12,640 nucleotides of DNA from Trichoplax adhaerens (GCF_000150275.1 NW_002060944.1:9374368-9387007), one strand, 5' to 3'; positions 1 through 9,060 are shown, counted from the first letter of the stretch. Numbers and translations are program-made. Notes: a model not told the origin generated them from the sequence alone.

Positions 1-1166
1 GCTCTATCTTTAAACTATAAATAATGCCGATTTCCACCTCAGAAATCGTTAGTTTCGTGGTTAGTCTTCACACGTTACTCACGACTACGGGACATGCGTA
101 GGACACCAGTATGTAACGCAGTGTTATAAATGGCAACTAAGTCTCAATCCTCCGAGATATTGAACCCTCCATCACAGAGTACAATAGTTTTAAGTGAATT
201 TTTATTTAACAGCATGCCTTACTGACAGATCAAATACAGTACCTAACTTTAATTAATAAAGAACAGACTTATATACTGTCTGAAGCCAATAATAGCAGTC
301 TTCAAATTAATCACCTAACAAAATCAATAGCTTACTATACACTGATTTGTACATGTGTAGTAGTTTAAGCTAATTACTGTAGTAATTGAAGTACGGCAGC
401 ATTAAGAAGTAGAATAATCTACTATGTTTATAAGATAATTTCATGATTGCTAATGATGAAACGATGTACTTTGTGCTATTCTCCCTGTGTGGGTATAAGG
501 CCGCAGTTAAACAGCTATATAAGTTCATGTTTTTGTGTGATGTCTTAATGTAACTGTTAGATAATATGGAATTGTTATCATGGAGACTAAGTAGATTATC
601 CGGCTTATGCTAGACATTATTGGCTGTTATTATGAAAGATGAAAAGTGGATACCTCTCTGGTCAAGCGTTCTATTAATAAACGATACTTTTAAGATTAAG
701 CATGGTATTTACCTGATCTTGTATCACGTTACAGATTTGCTCAATTTTAATAACTCAGATTTTGAGTTAGACGTTAAAGTGTTGTAAAGCTAAAGCACTA
801 CAACGTGTTTTCTGGAATACATTAATTGTTAAATTAAGCGCCAATAAATCAACTATTACGTGCGAGGTTACACCATTCGTACAACATTTGCAATCTTGAA
901 TAGAGATGGAGTGAGTTTCAAGAAATATATAAACTGAGGCGGCGATGCCGGTTGGGATAGGTCAAACAGCGCCAAAGATAGTATACTTACGTGTAACTAT
1001 CCAAATTTGGACATTGAAATCAATCATTCTAGAGCTGATAAAATACAATTATCGCAAAGCTTACTTGTTCTCTATTCATGACCATCAGCCAAATCAAACC
1101 AAAGTATACGAAATTAATCACCGATCACTATATTCAGCTTTGGTAATCTGCAGCTCTAAATTTCAT
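1..1166 (-). pseudogene. Decayed class A GPCR pseudogene (relic A), running to the window edge
   Basis: Motifs in correct order across frameshifts and stops: TM1-like 'VINFVYFGLIWLMVM' (from 1121); TM2 'ILSLALFDL' (984-958) then 'TGIAASVYIFL'; TM3 'SVT*YKIR*IP' (735-703; the stop sits at R3.50 and Pro is 7 residues later as in xRYxxIxxP); TM4-like 'MSSISRIIYLVSMITIP' (617-567); TM5-like 'YFLMLP' (411-394); TM6 'LKTIVL...*LPFITL' (TAG for W, 139-128); TM7 'IIYSLK' (25-8) in the same frame as TM6. Confidence 0.6.
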
Positions 1167-1231
1167 TAGCTGAAACTGTTCTTCTACTTATCTATATACT
1201 GAATTAGTTAATATTTGAAGAATTTTTTAAA

Positions 1232-2301
1232 ATGACAATTATACCAAGGCAGTCAGAGCGAAAGTGTTGACTCTGTCAACTTGACAGGCATGATAGATTT
1301 GAAAGGTAATAATGAAGATGATACTGAAATACATATACTATCGGCAGTAATGATTTATATAGTTTCAAATAGCCTTTACAACTGTTTTAATCGATAAGGT
1401 AAATCATCGAGATCCATCTAGTGATGCTGTAGAATCCCATAACATATCATTAAAACAGCTTGCGAGCGATTTTGATGGTTAAATGATCAAATTTGAGCTA
1501 CTATGGGCTAGTTTCAAACGAATGTTGTAAAGTAATGTCGATTTGTTATAGAACTGCCGGATTCCAATAAGTTTTGGTTGAATCTGCTCATGACATTGAA
1601 TTACAATCGAACTTTGATCAAATGTAACATGATCGCTTTAGCAACCTTATCATTCAAGGAAGAAATATTTCTTATCATAACTTTTAGATACGTTGCCATT
1701 CGCGTAGGTCATCCATTGAATTATGTTTCTAATAAGTTGAATTTGTTTTCGTTACAAAGCAGCTTTGGAACAAGATAACGTAATGTACGATCAATAAGTC
1801 AATTTCTTGAACCACGTATCAAGGAACGATATCTGCACTATCAGGAAGACTTTTGCCCTACTAACAAACTACACAAAGATTAGGCGCCTCGTGTTTTACT
1901 TTAAATACTAAGTTTAAGAAATAACTTTATTACACGATACTTATATTCTCTTCCTCAATACTTCATGAGTCATAGTTAGTACGATTAACTTAGGAATCAT
2001 TCACTAAATTAGACACTAATTTTAGCTACTGCTCCCTAATGCAGACAACAGTATTTACGAACATAGGCATCTGATGTCTATATCAGAATAGTCAAATTAC
2101 GATATGTCCTATCACGGAACATTTCTATGATAACTTACCATCTACCATAAGTAAGTTACAATCACAATAATTCGAACTGTAAGTAGATAATTCGCATTCC
2201 CTAGCATAACTATTAATCTCAGTATATGTATATATATGTCCCTCTCATAAAAAGCCAGTACTATATTAAAGCACAGTAAATCCAAATTAGAAGTTAACTA
2301 A
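1232..2301 (+). pseudogene. Decayed class A GPCR pseudogene (relic B); includes ORF 1578-1778
   Basis: N-terminal NLT sequon; TM1 'IHILSAVMIYIVSNSL' (1329-1376); TM2 'NISLKQLASDF' (1441-1473); TM3 'CCKVMSICYRTAGFQ*VL/NLLMTL' (from 1523; the TAA falls where S3.39 is expected); TM4-like 'FLIITFRYVAIRVGHP' (1668-1715); ECL2 'ICF' (1741-1749); TM5 end 'ALLTNYTKI' (1855-1881); TM7 'FAFPSITINLSICIYMS' (2191-2241, a decayed NPxxY). Total span ~1.07 kb, the size of a GPCR CDS. Confidence 0.55.
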
Positions 2302-2702
2302 ATAAGGATAGGCTAATAAAATTATCCTAACATAGATATTTCTACTCTAATACAGTATATAACACTGTCACAGTTTTACATAAACTACTAAATCGCATAT
2401 CTTAATCAAATCAATTATTTATGCAATGTTATAAAGTACATAATAATACCAAAGAAGAGTTATCCGCAGTTGGTGAAAGATGTAAAAGGTTGCTGGTACC
2501 ATTGCTACGGTACTGCGTTACCGGTTAATTGATTATTAATACTTGGGAATAATCCAGGTTAGGTCATGTTAAGTTTTGCTAGGCTTGTACTATTAAATAG
2601 TAGTAGTAGAGTCGGGATACAGAACTGTTGCAAGTTAATTTACAGAAGACTAAAAGGTTGCTAGGCTGTAATATTATAATCGAGCCGTATATGAAATTAT
2701 GG
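2299..2702 (-). pseudogene. Weak candidate: 5' half (TM1-TM3) of a GPCR pseudogene
   Basis: 'FIYGSIIILQPSNLLVF' (2695-2645), 'YYYLIV/SLA', then 'ICDLVVYV...NIYVRIILLAYP' (2400-2305), the latter resembling DRFILIAHP/DRFTLTAYP of the intact genes. It ends where relic B ends on the other strand. Confidence 0.25.
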
Positions 2703-3122
2703 ACGGAGGAAGAGTGTTTCAATGCCTTAACTTCCAAAACATCTACCTATTTAGTATTTGTATAGATCTGTTAATGTAACTTGTAAAATATGTATTCACG
2801 CAACTTAACACCGGCGTTTACCGTAGAAATCTATTCAAGTGCGCATGGTTGTAAAATAAAAGTAGTAATTGCTTAAGAAGTGTCCAGGAGTCGTAACGTA
2901 GAGAAAAGTATAATAGTTAATCTGTCGTCTGTAGAGTACAGCCGAGAAAATGAGTTTTTATGTATCACTCGCATAGAGACTGAAAATACTGGGTAAGTAG
3001 CCCGAGTTATAATACTTGCACGAGAGTTTCTTTACGGAATCTTTACCACAAGCAAGGGTTGTGACTACCATATAGAACTCATCTCTAATTCTTTATATCA
3101 CATACAAACTACTTGCATACTA

Positions 3123-4370
3123 AGATTTCGATCTTATCAATTGATGCTTATATTAGTATTGGCTGAATAGCTTTCTATTATTTGCACGCTATGTATATGT
3201 TATACAGGAATATTAGAATCTGGAAAGTCCTTTGTTACAACGATGGGATTTTTAAATATGGAATGTAATTTGCAGTCTTATCGATATACTTTAGTAAGCA
3301 TAATTCATATCGTTTACTTGGCTTACCAATCCTGGATAAGTCATATTATGTTCGCATAATATTCTGAAATCCAAAGTTACGACGAGATAATATGCTACTA
3401 TGCGAAAAAAAAACATTTGAATATTGTCTTCTAAGTAGATCAGATCATACATAGAATTTTAAAAATAAAAACGATTAGATTTTGGAAAGGTCTTATACAT
3501 TTCATGAATTTTGTCATATCATTGGTGTCTATAGAATGATTTGTACGGTATTCTTATTGAGCTAATGATTAATCAGATATAATTATTAAGATATTAGTTA
3601 TTAAAAATGGATATCACGTATCATTTAAGAGTCATTTAGTGGTGTCATCAATTTGAAAATGATCATGTATAGTAATTATTTCGATGCTGTCATTGATGAT
3701 AGCGAGGCTATATAATTCTAAATATATCATCGTATGATAGTCCACTGGAGCTGTTGACCAGAATGGTATGACAGAAATATTGAACGACAATGGAGAGATA
3801 AACAGCATTAAATCTATCATTTCGATATTTGATCTATTTTTGCTATTACTAATGATCTGTCAACTTCCTAAGTCTATTGCACTAATGTTTACAATAGCTA
3901 CACGATATCAGTAGTTTACATTTAATTATCTAAAGAATAGCCTGTAGTATGTAGCATAACCATTTATGATAGATATCAACAGATTTTGGGTAACTACCAC
4001 TATTTTTACGTTTATCAAATTCTAAGAATATGATTTTAGATCCTTATTTTCGTTTTAAATCAACCGTTGGATGATTGCAATGGTATTCTAAGGCATAGTG
4101 AGATAAAGATTCGGCTTTTTTATCAGTTGAAGTGTTTTGATTATAATTTAACGGCTAAAAATATCAACCAGGAACAGTTTTCTCCTATGTCCTTATAATT
4201 AATGTATTTAGATATTTTTCTTTTTTACCAGGATATCATAATATTTGGGGCTTGAAATATAGATACAATATTCAGGAGTAATTAAATTATGCCGCATAGT
4301 TAGCTATAGCTTCGTTAATCAATAAGATACATTTCATCCATTATTTATTAAACACTGATTAAAAAGAATG
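3123..4370 (+). pseudogene. Probable decayed class A GPCR pseudogene (relic C)
   Basis: One stop-interrupted frame (3123-3915) carries hydrophobic N-terminal segments, TM3 'ISLVSIE*FV' (3516-3545; TGA at the ERF arginine), TM4 'VVSSI*K*SCIVII' (TGA at W, 3654-3656) and TM5-like 'FLLLLMICQLPKSIALMF' (CQLP 3858-3869). After a frameshift come TM6-like 'VLIINVFRYFSFLP' (4189-4230) and a broken NPIIY-like 'catccattatttat' (4335-4348). Confidence 0.42.
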
Positions 4371-4751
4371 AAAACTTAGTTTTTCTAAATTATACACAAC
4401 GATTTATTGCATATCAGAATCACAAGCCAAGACTTCTATCATAACTTCTAGCAGTACAAATTAATAGTATAAAATAGAGATAATGCCCATAAATTGGGAC
4501 ATAGCATATCGCTATCATTATTAATAATATAACCGATATAGTAAAATTTAATGAATAGAATGTATACTATTAGCAAAATAATTTAATAAAAATGACGTTT
4601 GACTTCCTTAACATTCTTAAATAAGACAAAATAGGTTGGCAATAATACTAAAAAAAATGAAATCGTAGCTAATAAAGTCTTATAATTATATAATTATTGT
4701 AGCATTTTCGTAAATTCATTGTATTGGTAAGCAGCTAAACATTTCGGTGCA

Positions 4752-4757
4752 TTTATT
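4752..4757 (-). promoter_or_regulatory. Candidate polyadenylation signal (AATAAA) for the 4909-6018 gene
   Basis: TTTATT on the + strand ~150 nt past the stop. Low specificity in AT-rich DNA. Confidence 0.25.
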
Positions 4758-4908
4758 TCATAGATAAGTTATATTATAAATATTTGAATATAGTGGTACT
4801 TAAGCGATCAAAAAGTTTTATATATTTAATAATAATGCAGCAAAATTTAAAGAAATTTATGCTAATTAAATAACCAAACTGATACTTGCATTTGATATAT
4901 TAGCACAG

Positions 4909-6018
4909 TTAGACTTCGGAAGCCGCGACATTATCGAGTTGGCTAGTTTTAGTTTCAACTACGGCAATGGAATTAACTTTGGGATAGAAGCATTTGGATA
5001 TCATAGATTGACAGTATAATTGTCTACTAACTCCGCTGAAATCATCAAATCGAAAGATTAGACATACCATCGGGTCAAGGGCAGTATTAGAATAAGGAAA
5101 CAATGTAAGTATTTTCTGAAATTTGGTGATTTGAGTTGGTTTTCCATTCAGGAAACTTACTGCTGTTGCAGTTGAAATAAACAAAAATGCAAAGACGTTT
5201 GTTAATGTAATAAGAGTGAGCATTATCTGGAATCGCCTTTCAAATGTAGATGATAATTGAGATCTAAATGTTAATCTTGATTTTCTTAATTTCCATACTA
5301 TTATTGCATAGATAACAGTAACTGCAGAATAGACTATCATGTAGTAGCCTAACTGGATAAATGCAAGTACCGTATGAACTGTTGTTAAATAGTATTCTCC
5401 AAGGCATAAGTTCCGATAAAATTCGAAGTAGTACTCTGATCTAAGATGAAAATTAGCTATATTAAATGTAACGATTCCTGAAATCACGACAAGTCCAGTA
5501 ATCCAAGTTATAACCGTTATAATTTTTGCTCTTTTGATAGTAATTTTTTTGCTGCTATGTGGATGAGCAATTAAAATAAAACGATCAATGCCGATACACA
5601 TAGTTAACGTTGCTGCCACGAATAAATAAATATTTGCTAGAAATTGTGCTATGTCGCATGTTGGACTAGTTGACCATTCATTTTTAATTAATGAAAATGT
5701 AGCATTCAAACCGTAAACATTTTGATAGTATTCAGTATAATAAGAATCAGATGCCACAAGTATCAATACATAAGTACTGCCAATAAAATCGCAAACGAAT
5801 AAGTTAAACAATAGCCAAATGGAAGGATTTGTAAGAGTAATGGCGGAACGATGATGATGCTCTCGTCTTACTATTGAATATTTATTCATAACGGATTCCC
5901 ACATGGTATATCCAATTAGAAATAAGTTTAACGGTAATCCGATCAATATAATACACCAAGCTATTGTACGCATGGAATGAACTTCAAGAAAAGTAGAATA
6001 TCGAGTAAAATTGTACAT
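4909..6018 (-). CDS. Class A (rhodopsin-like) GPCR, LGR/RXFP/GRL101-like 7TM domain with very short N-terminus (369 aa, single coding exon as read)
   Basis: Seven hydrophobic segments. TM1 'MRTIAWCIILIGLPLNLFLI'; TM2 'LLFNLFVCDFIGSTYVLILVASD' (LGR-type NLxxxDFxxGxYxxIxxxxD); long ECL1 with WxxSxxC3.25; TM3 'CIGIDRFILIAHP'; TM4 W; ECL2 'NLCL'; TM7 'PYSNTALDPMVC'. N-glycosylation sequon NFT at residue 3. ATG in aaaATG context. Confidence 0.93.
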   Translation of the reverse strand: MYNFTRYSTFLEVHSMRTIAWCIILIGLPLNLFLIGYTMWESVMNKYSIVRREHHHRSAITLTNPSIWLLFNLFVCDFIGSTYVLILVASDSYYTEYYQNVYGLNATFSLIKNEWSTSPTCDIAQFLANIYLFVAATLTMCIGIDRFILIAHPHSSKKITIKRAKIITVITWITGLVVISGIVTFNIANFHLRSEYYFEFYRNLCLGEYYLTTVHTVLAFIQLGYYMIVYSAVTVIYAIIVWKLRKSRLTFRSQLSSTFERRFQIMLTLITLTNVFAFLFISTATAVSFLNGKPTQITKFQKILTLFPYSNTALDPMVCLIFRFDDFSGVSRQLYCQSMISKCFYPKVNSIAVVETKTSQLDNVAASEV

Positions 6019-6050
6019 TTTTATCGATTTGCTGCGGGATACTCTAAAAT

Positions 6051-6080
6051 CTAAGACAACAGAAATAAAATTAACTAATT
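6051..6080 (-). promoter_or_regulatory. Probable 3' splice acceptor 32 nt upstream of the GPCR ATG
   Basis: Minus strand reads aattagTTAATtttatttctgttgtctTAG|attttagag...aaaATG: a branch-like TTAAT, a pyrimidine tract and TAG. Confidence 0.5.
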
Positions 6081-6565
6081 AAATCGATGTATAAATATAA
6101 TTGCAGTATGGATAATGTAGGATAGACTACAAATGAAATATGTCATACATTTACATATTGCCATCCAATGCAGTACTGTAATAATGTTATCGTATGGAAA
6201 TGGAAAATTGACTGATTTTAATCCGAAAGATGTTACTAATTTATTAAAAAATTAATAGTTAAATATTGTTAAAAGCCTCACTGTTGACGATCAAATTTTA
6301 ATTAAAAGCATGATACAGTCAATCAATTCATCGAAAAAATAAAGGAAATTTCAGAGACCGATTATTGTTATAAAACTCTTTGTGTAGGAAAAATCAGTTA
6401 ATTACTAATTCCAAGGTGTATTGGTTTTTAACTCTTCAGTGTAATGAAGTTCATATTGAAAAACTATTAATTAAGCTGCCAAGTAAATTTCAACGGATCA
6501 CTGATTATTGGTGATCAATCTATAAATTTGAAGCGATACAGATTTTAACAATTTTCTAGCAAAGA

Positions 6566-7260
6566 ATGGAATTAACGCCTGTCACATTCTGTAATAGTTA
6601 CATAATTAGTATGTTACCTTCTTTCTATATATGGTTAAATATCACGATGTTATCACATCATGCGTATATAGATATAGTTATGGTACTATACTAAGGCTTT
6701 CTATATATGTATTCTCATGTTGCCATACTTGGTCGATATTCTATTTGTAATGCCTTTCTGTTAGTGATGATCTTGTGATCTACGTCAGTAGATCAAAGGT
6801 CACAATAAAGAAAGTATATAAACTCTTTAATTTAACAATAAAGTTAGTACTTCAACTTAATTGCTGGGACTCCTTGCTGAGTGCAGATTGTAACATTATG
6901 ATCTTATATAGAAGAAGCCTAGTATAGTAATATCCTAATATACGAATACTTATCATATACCGTTTAAGTACTGTATTGTATTACATTCATAATGTACGAC
7001 ATCATGACTACATATAGACGACATGCTATACATATAAAGACATTATCTCAATCCCATCTAAAACCTATAAATACCCTTGTACGCTAACTCGTTAGTCAGT
7101 TCCTACATTCCTGCTATCTCAGATACCTTATCTATAACAACCATATCATTGTTAGCCTGTAACTTGTATCTCTATAAAATCCTTTATACCTTCTATCATC
7201 GTCTACCTTAAAATACTTTACGCTACTTAAAGAAGATATTATTACACAGATCTAGTACTT
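6566..7260 (+). pseudogene. Weak candidate: deleted GPCR pseudogene remnant
   Basis: A single stop-interrupted frame carries a NIT sequon, TM1-like 'SICNAFLLVMIL*' (6740-6778), TM3-like 'MTTYRRHAI' (7004-7030) and TM7/H8-like 'NPLYLLSSSTLK' (7178-7213). TM4-TM6 are not recognisable. Confidence 0.22.
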
Positions 7261-7989
7261 GTTACATAATTTGGAAGTTGTAACAACGCCGAATAATGAT
7301 ATTGTCTATAAGTTATACATGTGTGTCTTACTTTTAATTTTTGAATTAGTAATGTTGCAGTTGTAGTCGTTATTGATTGTAGAATTAGATCTAAATTGTG
7401 GCGCGGAGCGAAAAAAATTTCATCATTTCATAAAATAAAAAAATATTTTTAATGGTGGTGAAGTTGTATTGTAGTCTAGATTTCTCTGATAGGATGAATA
7501 ATGACAATTAAATGTTTTCCAATCATTTCTTTTTGTATATTCATTCTTCTAAGTGATATTTTTTGTGTATCAACACATAAAATGAATTTAGATCAAATTA
7601 ATAATTTCTTTTATTGAAAATAACAGAAATTACAATTCCTGCCTGGCATGTATATTAATTAATGTGCAAAAATCTATATAACATACAGTACATTTCGCAG
7701 AAAATCTGTTATGATGTCAAATTAGAGATGCTTTCACTTATTGATTAGAATAAAAATCCACTATAGTAATCTTTAAGTCATTTGTCTTAAAGTTAATTTT
7801 TTTACATTTCTAGTAATTTTGAAGTACTTTTTTAGTATATACTTTTGTTATATTTGTCGATGCAACTACTTTGTAAAAATAGTATTTTTCCGAGAGATTA
7901 ATTAATACGTCTTCTGATCAACTTTTGTAGAATGCTTTTCTTCTCGTTAGAGCCGCTAACGATGTACAGTAATCGCTTCTATTCTTGAA

Positions 7990-9060
7990 AGAATAATGCT
8001 CATTATAGTCATTTTGTTGCAAGAAAATAAACAAGGGTATGAATATGTTAGTCACGCACATTAATATTCATAAAATTATTACAGATCCCTGTTCCAAAAA
8101 TAAGTGCCGAACGATACTAAGCGTATAACACAATATGGGAAAGACAAATATGACTTCTTCCATAGAAACTAGGAATAGTTACGATGTTAATTCCTAAAGT
8201 AAGCGGCTTTAAAATAGCTTATTTATTCTATATCAAAAAGTAATTACAAGTCATTTCATGTGAGATTAATTCTCAATCTTTAAAGATCTTAAATTCTTAT
8301 AGGTTCATGAGGAATCTACCAGATCGTTCGGCCTGTATTTAGTCATGATTAAATTTGTTAATAACTCTACTAAAAGTAATAAAGATAAAAAATTTGTCAG
8401 AAATTGAAAATTATAACGAAAATAAAATTCACTTGACGATATCGCTTCACATTTCTTTCGATAATAATGATTTGTTCCTTGAAAGAATCGCTATTTCACT
8501 CCCAAAAAATCCTTCATGCGCTGATATACATCTCCATAAGCTTTTGCCTAAATAGCATACATATATCAAGGTATAAAGGTATAATTAGAATATAGATGAA
8601 ATTGATAATGCTTATTTTTGATAGCCATAGAAGCGCAAGGCAAAAACGTTATATTCAAAGTCATCAAATCTTATCTTCCAGACTAGTGCGGGTTGTACCT
8701 CCGTATTGTCAGCAAATCAATAATTAAATATCAGGCTAATTTATTGTATAAATCTATTCTTGATCTGAAACAAAACCAACATTTGCGAATTAGGAAAAGC
8801 ATTTCTAAAAATATAAACAGTCATTCTTCGGATCGACTGCGACGGCTATTATATGGCAACAGTGTCACAAGATATACTTTTGGTACTTTGAATTAAATAA
8901 GAGTATCTAATGGGTTGTTGAAGGACTAAGCAACTGCTATTTACATCCTACCACACGTAACGTTCGGCATTTCAATGCTTGAATTAAGCCACTATTTTCG
9001 CTGCTAAAGTACATAATGCAATGGGTTTCCCTACCAATGATTGATAACTTATAAACAAGT
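7990..9060 (-). pseudogene. Decayed class A GPCR pseudogene with long third intracellular loop (relic D)
   Basis: TM1 'SLV/GN' (GN at 9030-9025); TM2-like 'IAVA*' (8940-8926); TM3 'HIIAVAVD/R' (8855-8828, 1-nt insertion between D and R); TM5 'FIYILIIPL/TLIYVCYLG' (8600-8546, one extra base; P5.50-Y5.58 spacing exact); TM6 'IFVFPILCYTLSIV' (8151-8110, CYTP with P>L); TM7 'IHTLVYFLATK' (8044-8012, decayed INPLVY). Confidence 0.6.

Noticed and set aside
443-787. Stop-poor + strand frame (MIANDETMYF...) of ~115 codons with 2 internal stops
   Set aside because: No recognisable domain; overlaps relic A on the opposite strand.
945-1169. 74-aa + strand ORF
   Set aside because: No recognisable motif; lies antisense to TM1-TM2 of relic A.
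1397-1409. 13-bp exact match (AGGTAAATCATCG) to 11882-11894 in TM7 of the second receptor
   Set aside because: Similarity does not extend convincingly; matches of this length are expected by chance in 12.6 kb of AT-rich DNA.
1578-1778. 66-aa ORF as a stand-alone gene
   Set aside because: TTG start is implausible in a eukaryote; better explained as a fragment of relic B.
2131-2158. 8-bp inverted repeats (TAACTTAC/GTAAGTTA here; TTGTTACA/TGTAACAA at 7259-7286) as terminators or MITE ends
   Set aside because: Short, AT-rich, chance-level; intrinsic terminators do not apply to this eukaryotic context.
2483-2662. 12-bp direct repeat TAAAAGGTTGCT (2483-2494, 2651-2662) as a target-site duplication or array
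   Set aside because: Only two copies, no terminal inverted repeats or transposase between them.
724-3539. TGA at the R3.50 codon in two relics (724-726 and 3537-3539) as evidence of CpG-methylation decay
   Set aside because: Two events with inferred ancestral codons are too few; ordinary transitions or AGA>TGA changes explain them.
3632-3820. 62-aa - strand ORF
   Set aside because: No motif; antisense to relic C.
8355-8896. Two short + strand ORFs (8355-8555, 8693-8896)
   Set aside because: TTG starts, AT-biased composition, no motifs; antisense to relic D.
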